In this document: piece after piece, positions 22,131 through 33,807 of the stretch
How the letters are laid out: each line of letters opens with the position of its first letter
How positions within the stretch are numbered: position 1 is the first letter of the stretch
Program-made: the position numbers and the translations under genes
Assembly (NCBI GenBank): GCA_964019335.1
Contig: OZ025693.1
Span: 62,001 to 126,000, forward strand
From: Diplonema japonicum
Lineage: Eukaryota > Protista > Euglenozoa: Diplonemea
Length of the DNA: 64,000 nucleotides
Direction of reading: 5' to 3'
The notes under the pieces: model-generated
What the model was told of the DNA's origin: nothing
Databases searched by the model: none
What the model saw: only the letters and a program-made list of their open reading frames with translations

Positions 22131-22988
22131 TGGGTAAAATTCAAAATAGGGGTACAGAATTTAGCCCTTTTTTGGATTTGGCCATAAAATGACCTAAGGT
22201 GAGGAAGAACACCTCACGGTTGTCACCAAAACCACCCTGTGGGCCCATTCCTGGGTGACAACAGTGATAGGCGCACGTATTTTGGGAATATTTCCCTGTT
22301 TTTGTGTGTTTTTGGGCCCTTTTTGGGACTTGTCAAGAATGGACAGATTTTCCTGTTTTTCGTAGGTGCGCCAAAATGGAAAAAATACATGTTTCAAAGT
22401 TGAGTGGGGGTGGGTTGTACCCGCAGGTGTCGTAGGGTGTGAAACATGCCATTTCCCCAGGGGGGTCATTTTATGAATCAGAAAAAAAACTGGAAACCCC
22501 TGACACCCCCTATGACAGGGCTCAGAACACCGTCCTTTTGACATGTTGCATGTCAAAACACCATATTTTACCCCAAAAACACCGAAACACCACGGATACC
22601 ACCCCATGGGACCCTTGAAAACATGTCTAAAATCGACTTTGCAATCCTGGAAGGGGTGCGGTTTTTGGCCAAAACTCAGGTACAAAAGCGCCAGTTTTGC
22701 AGCTTGAAAACAGAGGAGATTGAGGAGTTACGTAAGACATGGAAACTGGACAAATCGAGTTTAAATTTGTTTCTGCAGCATATTAAGAACACAACACTCT
22801 TAAGAAAGGCTGGAAAGAGGTTCAGGTGCTTCAAGTGCAGCCACACAACAGAAGGTTGCGCATTCTCTCGAGAAGTTCCTAGGGGGTCTGTGATGGCGAA
22901 AACCACCCAGAAACACCTCGGGAGGGCGTGGAAAGACATCAGGGCAATCCAGGGCTAAATTCTGTACCCCTATTTTGAATTTTACCCA
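22131..22988 (+). mobile_element. Non-autonomous TIR DNA transposon, TA-flanked
   Basis: Perfect 38-bp TIR TGGGTAAAATTCAAAATAGGGGTACAGAATTTAGCCCT at 22131-22168 and 22951-22988; TA on both flanks; internal ORF remnant 22623-22958. Confidence 0.9.
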
Positions 22989-23365
22989 TATTGTTTTTTT
23001 GTTTTGCGGCTACAAATAGTTACCTTGGATAAAAAAGGTTATAAAGCCCATTTCCTTTTTTCTTTTTTGCAAAAATTTAACTTTACCTTCCCCCCCTTTT
23101 TTTTTAAAGGCACAAATACTTTTTCCTTCACAACACAAACAAAAACAAGAAATACTAATTTGAAACCCCTTTCTTTCCCCCTTCCCCCCCCTCTTTTTTA
23201 CCTTGACAGAACATATGTGTCATACCTCGATCCCCCCCCGCTTTTTAAAAAACCACAAAAAAGAAGCGAAGGCGAGGGGAAGCAAAAAAAATTTTTTTTT
23301 CTTTTTTTTTTTTTTCTTTCATCTATCTATTTTATTCTCCCCTCTCCTCCTTCTCAATGTCCGTC

Positions 23366-25882
23366 TCATTCATCCTGCGCCTCTACTTCCTCGTAGTACT
23401 CTGGGGCAGCATAAGAATAGAGGGCAGAACCCTCGGTAGAGAGAGCAGTGAGGGTTTCTGAGGCACTGATTTCGAAAGCTGGCTCACGGCGGGTAGATAT
23501 GACAGCGGTAGCTGCACAGTGCCAGAGACCAAGGTTTTTATCGATGGCACATGTGGCAAGCTTGGTGCCTGTGTTGTTGATGCTGATACGCTGTATAGAA
23601 CCGGTGTGGAAGGGAGAGAACTGCTTGGGCAGCTTCTTACCAGTAGCAGCGTCAAGTGCAAGAATACTTTTCCCGCATGTTACGTACAGAGCAGCACCGT
23701 CATGTGAGAAGCACAGATGCCGGGTTCCCCTGAACTCCCTGGGCCCTTTCGCCATCCACAGCTTCTTTCCCCTCCCGTCGTGGACCATGATCCTGTCATC
23801 ATTCCCGCAACTCGCTATCTGTAGCTCCTTGCAGTTCGGCCTAAGCTTCACGCACACTGTCTCTGTTGTATGCGGTGAAGCTATGCACACAGGGCTCCCC
23901 CAGTTCGCCTTCGCCTCCTCCGCGTCGGACCTCATGCATCCGAGCGTTGTGTCCACAGGCAACATGTGGATAGTCACCTTGTTCTTCACACCCCACACTA
24001 GCAGATCCGGGCACCCCTTGCCTGGACTGAACACTTCTACGTGGAGTGGTATTGCCTTCTGCGGTAGAGCGAGTGTTGTGTACGAGTACACCTTCGTCTT
24101 TGTCGGTGTGTGGAAGATGCACATTGCATTGCCCGCCTTGAAGACAAGCAGCAGGTCTGCTATGGTAGGATGGAACTTGAAGTTCACGTAGTTGCTATCA
24201 GACGGAATGAGCCACGGCTTTTGCACGTCGTACGACTCACCCTGCGGGTCCCAGACAAGGACGCACGGCTTGTATTTTGACTTGCCTCCTGCTGCACATG
24301 TTGCCGCAAGTCTGTTCCCGTCCTTGTCCCAAGCGGCATCTCGGACATGCGGCTCCGCCTGCAACTCCATTAGCATTGTGATCTGTCCATCTAAGGCGCC
24401 CACGTCCCACAGCTGCAGCTTGTCGCTGACCTCCCCCCACGCCACTAGCAGGTTGTCGTTAGTCGGGTCGAACTTGATGCCCGCCAGTGCAGAGGCCAGG
24501 GGCCTCAGCTTGCACCCCCCAAACTCGCTCACAGACACCAGGAAATCTTTCGGCCCCAGCATGCAATCCTCCAGCAGCTCCCTCCCCACTCTTGTGATCT
24601 CACAGTTGTTGGTGAGGTCAATGGTCTGCAAGGTGTCGTTGGCAACGCCTTCCGCGAGGAGCAAACACCCTTCGTCCCCTATGCAGTTGCCTCTTAGGAG
24701 GATCTTTGTGTAGAACAGGTGGGGGAGGGCGGCGGCGAGCTTTGCCATGTCGGCGTCGATAAGGCGGGGTGTGCAGTTAGAGAGGTTGAGGGTGGGGCTT
24801 GCGGGGGAGGCACCACGCCAGATGGACGACAACGCAAGGAGGCCTGTGTGGTCGACGTAGTCATCAACAAGGGGGACTTGGCTGGAGCAGAGGTACGAGT
24901 CCGACTTCAAGGTGCGGATGGAGTCGAGGATGCCGGACATGGGGGGTCGCTCCTCGGCGTCAGTGTTAAGACACTGCATGATGAGATTGCTCCAGACCAC
25001 ATCGGGACACCCACGGGGCTGCTCAAGCAGGGCACGCTTATCTGCGATCGCTTCCAGAACATTGCCCTGCACATCGCAGTACGGCACAAGCGAGCAGTAC
25101 GTGAAGACCTCCCACAAGAACACACCATACCCCCACACATCCGATGCGAAGTTCACAGTCATGGACTTGATGGTCTCTGGAGGGGACCAACGGACAGGGA
25201 CGACCTTGACCTTCATGGAGTTCAATCGGAAAGGGAGCTTTCTGGACAGCCCGAGATCGGATATCTTGCAGCACCCGTCGGCTTTGAGGACGTTCCTTGC
25301 AGCGATGTCGCAGTGGAGAAAGCCTGCGCAGTGCATCACGTTGAGGCCTACTGCAACATCCTCAGCGATCTTGAGGAAGAAGTCGACGCTGAGCCGTTCC
25401 GCCGAGCATCGCTGCGTGCGTAACCATTCGGAAAGGCAGCCGCCTGATATGTACTCTGTGAGGAGGTATAGGTTGTCGCCTTTCATTTGTGATCCGTAGT
25501 ACTGGACGATGTTCGCGTGGCGAAGTTCTTGCAGCTGTCGGATCTCCCTGGTGAAGGTGTCGCGCTCTTGCTTTATTCTTGCGGAGTGGCCTGAGCGGAG
25601 CTCCTTTATCGCACAGTCCCCACCTCGCCAGGTGCCTTTCCACACACGGCCGAACTCGCCCTCTCCAAGTATCATTCCAAACTCTAGTTCTTCCTTCTCA
25701 CTCATGACTGTGCACAGGCCGCTGATGTGCCGCATGGCGTCTTCCTTGTCGTCTACTTTGTTCCCTGCCAGCAATTCTGCGATCTGCTCCAGTACTTCGC
25801 ATGTTATTTTCTGTTGCTTGTTCTCGCCGTCTCCCAGCAACCCCGACAGTGAAGGGTATTTTTCCCGCCATTCTCCGCTCAT
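23366..25882 (-). CDS. Tyrosine-kinase-type protein kinase with RI-like LRR and C-terminal WD40 repeats
   Basis: GEGEFG, AIKEL, HCDIAARNVL, KISDLGLSR, VPVRWSPPE and SDVWGYGVFLWEVFT; LRR segment LRGNCIGDEGCLLLAEGV; WD40 segments HTGSIQRISINNTGTKLATCAIDKNLGLWH and IASCGNDDRIMVHD; likely start MSGEW. Confidence 0.88.
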   Translation of the reverse strand: MSGEWREKYPSLSGLLGDGENKQQKITCEVLEQIAELLAGNKVDDKEDAMRHISGLCTVMSEKEELEFGMILGEGEFGRVWKGTWRGGDCAIKELRSGHSARIKQERDTFTREIRQLQELRHANIVQYYGSQMKGDNLYLLTEYISGGCLSEWLRTQRCSAERLSVDFFLKIAEDVAVGLNVMHCAGFLHCDIAARNVLKADGCCKISDLGLSRKLPFRLNSMKVKVVPVRWSPPETIKSMTVNFASDVWGYGVFLWEVFTYCSLVPYCDVQGNVLEAIADKRALLEQPRGCPDVVWSNLIMQCLNTDAEERPPMSGILDSIRTLKSDSYLCSSQVPLVDDYVDHTGLLALSSIWRGASPASPTLNLSNCTPRLIDADMAKLAAALPHLFYTKILLRGNCIGDEGCLLLAEGVANDTLQTIDLTNNCEITRVGRELLEDCMLGPKDFLVSVSEFGGCKLRPLASALAGIKFDPTNDNLLVAWGEVSDKLQLWDVGALDGQITMLMELQAEPHVRDAAWDKDGNRLAATCAAGGKSKYKPCVLVWDPQGESYDVQKPWLIPSDSNYVNFKFHPTIADLLLVFKAGNAMCIFHTPTKTKVYSYTTLALPQKAIPLHVEVFSPGKGCPDLLVWGVKNKVTIHMLPVDTTLGCMRSDAEEAKANWGSPVCIASPHTTETVCVKLRPNCKELQIASCGNDDRIMVHDGRGKKLWMAKGPREFRGTRHLCFSHDGAALYVTCGKSILALDAATGKKLPKQFSPFHTGSIQRISINNTGTKLATCAIDKNLGLWHCAATAVISTRREPAFEISASETLTALSTEGSALYSYAAPEYYEEVEAQDE

Positions 25883-26791
25883 CTCTCCTTGCCTCCCCTC
25901 CCCCCCCCCCCCCCCCCCACCTCCTTTTTTTTGCGTTGGAAATACGTGTATAACGTTAAAGATCAAAAGAAAAAGGAAAAGAGGGAGCGGGGGTGGGAGA
26001 GGTATCAAAAGGTACTTGTGCCCATCACATTTTCTTTTGTTCCCCCTCCCCAGGGAAGTATTTCAAATAGCATAACGTCGGCTTCAAAGCTTTTGTTTGG
26101 GTGAAGAAGAGAAAACTCGCTCTTATTCTATGCAGTGCATGTCTCCTCCCTTTTTTTTTTTTTTCTCCTTCTGATCTAAAAAAAGGGCCCCCCTTTTGAC
26201 ATGGTAAAAAAAAAAAAAAAGCTCACAGACTTAATAATATGAGTCATCGCTAAGCTGATAAGTGCGTAGTGCGTTTCCTGTGAACCTTTCCTGCCTTGGA
26301 AATTTGACCGACTTTCCCTTTACGTCAATACCATGTGAATACAGGAACAAGGATTGGGTGGCCTACCGTGTAGGGAGGTACAACCAAGTAGGCAGAATAT
26401 ACTCTCATACAGCCCCTTCAAAAAACCTATTTTTTTTTTTGAGAGGCTACCTGAGGCCATTCCAGAATTTTGAAGTGGCCTTTTATCACAGGAAAACTGC
26501 GAAAAGGGTGGGGGGGGGGGGAAATAAAACAACTTACTTACCATCGTAAGTGAGACAGTAAAATAGCTAATTCTTTTGGAAGGAGGGGGGGTGTTTTTTT
26601 TTCTTCTTTTTACTAGTTTTTTTTTATTTTCTTGTTTCTTCTTTTTTTTTTTTTCCCTCTTTTTTTGCTTCACTTCAGATAAGAGTGGGATTGTTTTTTT
26701 TTGTTTTTTTTTTTTGTTCACCCCCATGAATAAAAAAGTGCTGGAAAGCACTGGGGATTATTATTTTTCTTTTTTTTTCCTTGAAGCGGGC

Positions 26792-26822
<31 letters not shown>

Positions 26823-26953
26823 AAAAAGAGTAAAACACGATCTGAAGTCGGAGAAGAAGATTGTTGGGATGTTTTGCAAATGGTAAACCACAGAAAGAAT
26901 AATCAGAAGAAAACGCTGTGGAAACAGCGCCTGCCGCCTTTTTTTTTGAAAAG

Positions 26954-29796
26954 TTATCTTTTATGCGTTGATCTACGCCTGTTAGCGCCTTGAGGACCTG
27001 AAGCAAAAAGCTGACCGTACATGCCATCCTCCTGTAAAAAAAAATATTTTTTTTTAAAAAAAATCGAACAAAGACGATGGTCTGTAGCCACCATACCTTC
27101 CTCATCTTTTCATCCAGCCTCCCCAATACCTCGTCCATTCTTTTTTCCAAGTCTTCTAAGCGGTTTGTGTATGTACGCAGCTCCTTTAGGATCTGTGCGT
27201 GTTTTTTTCCCCCCCATTTTCTTCTTCATTTGCTATGACCACACCATTTTCTGAAACCTCTCATTTCCCGTCTCGAACTGCCTTGCTATCGACACAAACA
27301 CCTTTCTCAAGTAAGGACCCAAATCAGCCTCACACTCAGCCACGCTGTGACTGGCAATAGACTCCTGGGTCTTTCTGTTCGGCTGGAAAGAGAAGTAAGA
27401 CAAGGATGAAGTAGTGGGTACTAATTTCGGCATAGGTGACGAAGCAACTGATGCTGCTGCTGGTGGTGGTGGTGGTGGTGGTGGCGGTGGCGGTGGCGGC
27501 GGCGGCGGCGGCGGTGGCACCGGTGGCATATTCATCAGTGGTAGTTGAGAACCCACATCTGAATCGTTCTTAATAATCTGCGGTGAGCTCAGTGGGTGTG
27601 CCCCCATGCTCGGGACAGAGTGCAACGTGGGGGATCTCTCTAACGCCAAAGAACTCTTCCTGCTCCCCACTGGTACCCTTGAGGCAAGCAGCGACGGACG
27701 CTTTGCGCTTTGCATCCCCAAACTTTCGTACGTCATAGGCGAGGCTTGTGGTAGTTTCGTCGGTTTCGTCGACCGCAGCCCCCTCGCCTTCGCTTCCTTC
27801 TCGAGCGTCTTATGAATCTGCGAGTATTCCTTAAACAAGGTCTGCACGTCTTGGAAGTCCAGTCTGAACAAGTTGCAGTATGTGAGTGCCTGGATCGACG
27901 CCGTACGCTTCAGCTCCGGTTTCAACAAGGCTATCTCACCGAAAAAGTCGCCCCTTATGATTGTCGCCACAATGCGACCTGCTTTGACCTCATTGCCCTC
28001 CTCGTCCCGTTCTGTGTAAGGCACGATGACATCCGCAAAGCCATGCATCATGAAGTACATGGCAGCGCCCTCCTCACCGTACTCGATGATCAAGTCGTGC
28101 GGCTCTGCGAAGGACTGCACCAAACAGTTCGCCACGGCAAGCCTGCACTCGGGGTCCAGCTCATGGAACATGGGGACCTTCGTGACGAGGTCCACCTTCA
28201 CGTACAACCCGACCTCGCGTTGCATGGCTGGGGGCAGGCGTTCCAAGGTGTGCGCCAACGACGCTGCCGCGTTCTGCTGCAGGGAATGGAACTGGAAGGA
28301 CAAGACCTCCTGCTGCAGCGTACTAGGTATCTTATAGTGCTTCATGATAGCTAGCGTGGCACGCATGGAGTCTTGGTTCTGAGCCTCGACGTTAGACTTC
28401 AAAACCACCGCAGACATGTTCGCCACAACGTGCCCCTGGAGCAGCAGGGATATCAGCATGACAAGAGCTGCGTACATGAAGCTCAGCGTGCTGTCTAGCG
28501 ACGCGGTGCCCTGTGTGGTGAGCAAGGACCACACCCAGAAGAACGAGTAGAAGTACTTCTCGAACACCGCTGTCGTACACGCATCCTTCCCGAAGTTGGG
28601 ACAGTCCTCGTCGGGGAGGGTCATCGACACCAGCAGCCGCATCATCGTCAAGACGTGCCCAAACGACAGCATTTTAAAAGCAAACTTCAACAACGGAACA
28701 GTCCAGAAGTAGAACTGCACAAAGGCAGGGTCCATAGTACCTCTGTTTGTGAGGTGGAAGAGGAAAGTGAACTTCACGATCTTCACACAACGCAGGAGGA
28801 CGAGAACCCTGTAAGCCGTCATGCCGGAGGAGTAGTAGGCCATGAGACCAATGGGCGCCGCAGAGACAACATCAAGCGGCAGCATCCCCTTCGTAAGGTA
28901 ATGCTTGAAAATACGCTTCCTCCTGAGCTCAAGAACAAAGGCGTCGTCCTCCTGCACCGCGGTGTTGAGGTTGATGGCGATGTCGATGATGAGAAAGAGC
29001 GTCACTACCAAGTCCATCGTGACCATGATGGGTGATGGTTCCACCTTTGGTGTTTCTTTTTTTTATTCCCCCTCCTCCACATACCGCAAGGGCCGATACG
29101 ACGGTAGGGACAATGAACAAGTACAGCATGAGCACGAGGATGACGACGTCCCACCATCTGCGGTAAATGTAGTCGGGGGCGAAGCAAGGGAGGTCGTAGA
29201 GAAGCTCGTAGATTCTCTTGCGGACCTCGATTTGCCGCTGCGTGAGGTACGCGTCCTTGGCACGCCTCTTCTTGTCCTGGATGACCTGAACGAGGTCTTC
29301 GCAGTTGCTGGGCATGGATTGCTGTATTTTACTTTTTCTTTCTTTTTTTTTTTTTGTTCCATTTCAAACCTTCCTCTGTTCCATGATGGACGCGCGGAGC
29401 AGTTCGTAGAAAATGACGAACTCGCTGAAGTCGATGACACCGTTGCCATCGCTGTCGAGTTCTGCCATCAGCTTCTTGACGTCGTTCTCTTTGAAGGACG
29501 TGATGCCTAGGTCGGGGAGAAGGCCGTTCACGATCTCTCCCTTCTCGATCTCCCCTGAGCCGTCCACGTCGTACTTGTCGAAGACCTTTTTTATCTCGCT
29601 GAGCTTAGTCGGGGCGGATAGGTCATAAGGTCCTGTGAGAGCCGCCATGTTTTGGCTTGTGCGGCTGCCATCGCTTTCGTTATCCTTGTGCGATGCGGAC
29701 GACCTTTCCTCTTCCTGGAGGAGGGGGTGGGGTGTTTTTCTTTTTATAAACACATACACTATTACTAGCCTCTGCATCCGGCCCCGTTTCGGACAT
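26954..29796 (-). CDS. Cyclic nucleotide-gated (CNBD) 6TM cation channel with N-terminal EF-hand pair, 6 exons
   Basis: Introns 29715-29757, 29322-29369, 29045-29084, 27193-27244 and 27032-27096; EF loops DVDGSGEIEKGE and DSDGNGVIDFSE; pore FFWVWSLLTTQG; CNBD GDFFGEIALL...RTASIQA. Confidence 0.88.
27461..27527. repeat. Coding (GGT/GGC)n microsatellite giving polyproline in the channel C-terminus
   Basis: tggtggtggt...ggcggcggc run. Confidence 0.85.
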
Positions 29797-31068
29797 ACTT
29801 CCTCCCACCCACACACCCCCCTCCCTGCCTCCTCTGTTCGGTGTTTTCTTTTTTTTTCTTTTTTTTTTTTTTTTAATTCCCGTATAACTGGTTGAGAAAA
29901 AAAAATAGAAAATAATACAAAAAGAAAATCAACTAACTAAAGCAGATACTTAACGTAGAGGGGGGGGGGGGGGGGGGGGCATCAAATCAAAAGATGAGTT
30001 TGCGTTCTCCACCCCCCCTTTTTTTTTATATCTCGACTGTGTCAGCACCATTGTTTTCCCCAGTCTTTGCTCTTGGCAGCTAGCTAAAGAGCTTTTTGTT
30101 ATCTCATATTAAGAGATAAATGAAGAAAGAGACTCAGACTTCGGATTGAGGGGGATGTCCAAGTGTTTTTTTTTTTTTTTTGTCTCAAGTTCTATCTTCA
30201 GACCTTTATTGGTGCCGAAAAGGTGACCTTTCCTCCAGTTCTTTTCTCCTTTTTTTTTTCTCTTTTTTTTTCTATCGGGACACTGAATGAAGTAAAATTG
30301 AAGAGGAGTAAAAAATACAACCTTGTTAGTGCCCAAAAGAAACTTCTGTCACTTCGGCCTCTCGTGAATTATTTATTTTCACTCGAATGACAGAATTTGT
30401 TGTGACTCCTTTTCTTTTTTTTTTTTTTTTTGAAACAGGTGCGGGGTCGGCATTAAGAAATGCACCAAAAAAAAGGGGGGGGAAGGAGTCAGTTATGATC
30501 AAGACGGTCGAACCTGCCGAAGGGTAATCAACAAGTTGCCACTACTTTTTTTTAGAAAAGACAATAGTTGCTTTTTAAAAAAAAAAGAATTGCTTTTATT
30601 CATTTCTACAACAACTGGGGGGGGGGGGGGGGATATAATGTGTAATGAGGCCTTTCCTGTTTGAGCCACTTTCTTCTTCTTTTTTTTTGTTTCTCTCTCC
30701 TCTTTTTGCCGAGGGGGCTACACCTACAACTGAAATACTGAAGGAAAAATAAATAAAAAACTAGCAACTGAAACACAAAACCAAAATGGAAAATGAAAAA
30801 GAGAAAAGAGAGAGAGAGAGAGAAAAAAGAAGGAGAGAAGAAGAAGAAAACGCTAAAACCATAGATCTCCACGTAATTCCCCTTCTATTTTTCTTCTTCT
30901 TTTTTTCCCCCCTCCCCCCATATTTCCCCCCCCGATGTGAAAGAAATAAAGAGAAAGACCTCACCGATTCCCTTCCACATCCAAATGTACACAATAATTG
31001 AACACACTTTTACTTTCACTTCCACTTTTTTTCTTTTTTTTTTTTTTTTTTAAATCGTGCATTCTATT

Positions 31069-32569
31069 TTAACGGTGCCTCTTAGGTCGATCGTCCCAGG
31101 TGTCTTCAAGTGGGTTTGTAGGATATTCTTCATTAATGGGTTCAGGCTTTTCAGGGGTAAGAGCAGTCTGGCTGACTGCAGCTTCGGCAAGCTGCCGTGT
31201 TTTGTCGGATTCTTCTTTCTGTGAAATATTTTTTTTTTTTTTAATTCTTGCAAACCTCGTCATCTGACAATTCGCCGTACACAAAGGTTTCGTCAGTGAG
31301 GTGGGTGCCACCCCAGGTCAGCGATTTTCCCCCCTTCAACTTTCTGGAGCCTTTTTCCAAATCAGAAAAGTCGACCGTTTTCACATTCTTGTACCTCCTG
31401 TAAATATCCGCGGCGGGCAGCAACCTCATCACCACATAGTCAGTCACTGTTCCGGCAATGGCCAGAAGCGCCATCCCGGCAACAAGCGTCTTAAGAAGTT
31501 CTAAAAATGAGAACTTACCCATCCACCCACTGGCGATGACCAACACCCGCACCCCGTGCCTGTTGAAAATCGTTCGGCGGACCATGCTGATGTTGGTGGT
31601 GGGGTCCATGTACTCGACATCTTTAACCTCCTCGTACTTGTATTCCGCACCCGGCACGTGCTTGACACGGTAGGTGTACTTCACGTTGTTCTCTGTGTAC
31701 CCCGTCCCAGCATAGTCGATGACGATGATGACCACCACACCGTCGTACCGCATTGTGTCGGTGGCGCGTGAGGTTGAAAGCCTGTCGAGTGACGTCTTAG
31801 TAGTGGGGTCCTCCTTGATGTCCGTGGCGTCAAGCAGCTCCGTGACGGTCAGGATATCCCCCACCCTGTTGATGGCGGGGTTGTCCCCCTCACACGTGAT
31901 GTCCATGTCGCCGGTGTTGTTGAGGTCGCAGAAGTTCTTGATGTAGTCCCCGTTTGCGTTCGCCAGGCGTGCTTTCGGCATTGACGTTGTTGAAGCCAAG
32001 ACAAGGTTGTTCTTGTGCCCATACACAGCGTGCCTGACGAGCATGGTCGCTTTTTCCGCACCTGAGTTGTAGAACTTTTTGGGGAACCCTGATGCAACCT
32101 GCCATGAGGGGCAGGATATTTGTCCTATTATTGACGCGTTCAGCCTGCACCTTGTTTCTATCGGTGCGTACTCTGTCACGGTCACTCTTGTTGTCAAAAA
32201 CGCTGAGAATTCCTCGGCGGGCGGTACCACGCTGTCGTAGTTTCCCCACACCACGCACGGCAGCCGTCCTCTTGATGACCCGTAGGCCGCCTCGTTGCAC
32301 CCTTCGTACGAACAGCAGTAAGGGTCGAACGCGTTGTCGCCCGATATCTGCTGCAGGGAGATCCGTGCGTACCCCACGGGGAGCTCCTTCACCAGGTACC
32401 CCTTTTGAAGGATCACCTCGTACACCACAACATATAAAAACAGGCCTAGGAGAAGCAGGATACGTGTTATGCCCAGCTTTCTGTCCCGTATCATGACCGT
32501 TCGCGGGGTCTTGTACGCGAAAAGATCATCGAGGTCGATGAGCTTCAACTTGCTCCATCCCTTTGGCAT
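31069..32569 (-). CDS. P2X: P2X receptor homologue (2-TM ligand-gated channel), 2 exons
   Basis: N-terminal FAYKTPR (YxTxK/R), TM1 followed by QKGY, FLTTRV, HGVR...GWMGKFS, TM2 with conserved Asp, YRRYK (YxxxK); intron 31219-31255. Confidence 0.88.
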
Positions 32570-32652
32570 CTCTGTGCTCCCCAACCCTGTTCGCCTGTGT
32601 GAGGTAAAAAAAATTACTTTTATGGAAAAAAAAAATTTTTTTTTGTTTTGTT

Positions 32653-33519
32653 TCACTCCTTGTGTTTGTTTTTGATGAGGGTGGGCTTGTCGAGAAGGTC
32701 GGATATGTTCGCTGTTGTTGCTTTTTTGCAGCACTTCGGCGACAGGTCCACGCCGATGGACCGCAGGCCGAGGTGGTTCGCGACGGCAGGGACAGTCCCA
32801 TGCCCGCAGAACGGGTCCACAATGACGAGGTCATCCCCCGCAACATGCTTCATGTAGTCGATGGTCTTCAACACGGAAATAAGGCCCATACCCCGCGACC
32901 ACACGAGCTGTCCACGGTCGATGCAGTCCGGAAAGTTGAGGTACTGCGGGATGCTGGAAGGAGGGGGCGGTCCCTTGATGTAAAGCATCATGTGGGTGAA
33001 GGACGGCCGGGCTATTTTGGTGTGCCCGCAGGGGGCAGCAAGCGAGACCTTGTGCCATAAAAGAGTGCATTTCACACCGGACTGCTCCACGCCTTTGATA
33101 ACGAGCGCGGCTTTGCTGAGAGTGTCTCGTCTGTTTGCTCGTGTGTCGGTTTGGTGGAAACACGCCATTTGACCTTCTCTCAGCCTTTTCATGATTTCGC
33201 TAACGGCGTTCGAGAACCACCTCGAATACCCATCGTCTCCTAGTTCCTTCATTTCGCTGATGTCTGGTAGGCCGCTCACCACGCTTCCTGGTAATGTCCC
33301 TACCTTTTCCATCCATTCGAGGGCGTCACAGCAGATTACTTGGCGCCCTTCAGCGGCGGTCTTCGGTGTCACGTGTCGCTTTTTTGGGATGTACTTGTCG
33401 CACCCCGTGCTCCATTTCTCCTCGCTTTCGTTCGTTCTCTCCGTGTTTCTCTTCCCTATGCAGTACCCCACTGCACACCCCACCACACCCACCGCCGCGG
33501 CATTCAATGCTGATGACAT
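32653..33519 (-). CDS. Beta-class N6-A/N4-C methyltransferase-like protein with N-terminal hydrophobic anchor
   Basis: VICCDALEWM, motif-IV-like VVSGLPD, and C-terminal SAM-binding IVDPFCGHGTV...LGLRSIGVDLS. Confidence 0.75.
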   Translation of the reverse strand: MSSALNAAAVGVVGCAVGYCIGKRNTERTNESEEKWSTGCDKYIPKKRHVTPKTAAEGRQVICCDALEWMEKVGTLPGSVVSGLPDISEMKELGDDGYSRWFSNAVSEIMKRLREGQMACFHQTDTRANRRDTLSKAALVIKGVEQSGVKCTLLWHKVSLAAPCGHTKIARPSFTHMMLYIKGPPPPSSIPQYLNFPDCIDRGQLVWSRGMGLISVLKTIDYMKHVAGDDLVIVDPFCGHGTVPAVANHLGLRSIGVDLSPKCCKKATTANISDLLDKPTLIKNKHKE

Positions 33520-33807
33520 CCTTTAGATAGCGGTTAACAGATTGAGAATGTGAACGAAAGAAAAAAAAAAAAAAAGAAAAATTGTACTAAAATAACAGAA
33601 GAAATGGGGGATGCGGAGGTTTCTACAAACAAAAAGGGGGTTGGTGGGGAAGGAAAAAGAAAAAAAAAAAAGGAGGGGGAAGGAGGCGAGGGGGGCAAAA
33701 AATACAAAATCTAAAGTAGGGATTTGGGTGATCTCTTTTACGGGAGAAATGGACATGGAATGACTGAAAGGAGGAAAATACCCACCTTTTATTGTTGCTT
33801 TATTTTC

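Noticed and set aside
26954-33519. Functional operon of CNG channel, P2X and methyltransferase
   Set aside because: Adjacency in euglenozoan directional clusters does not usually imply shared function, and no conservation evidence is available
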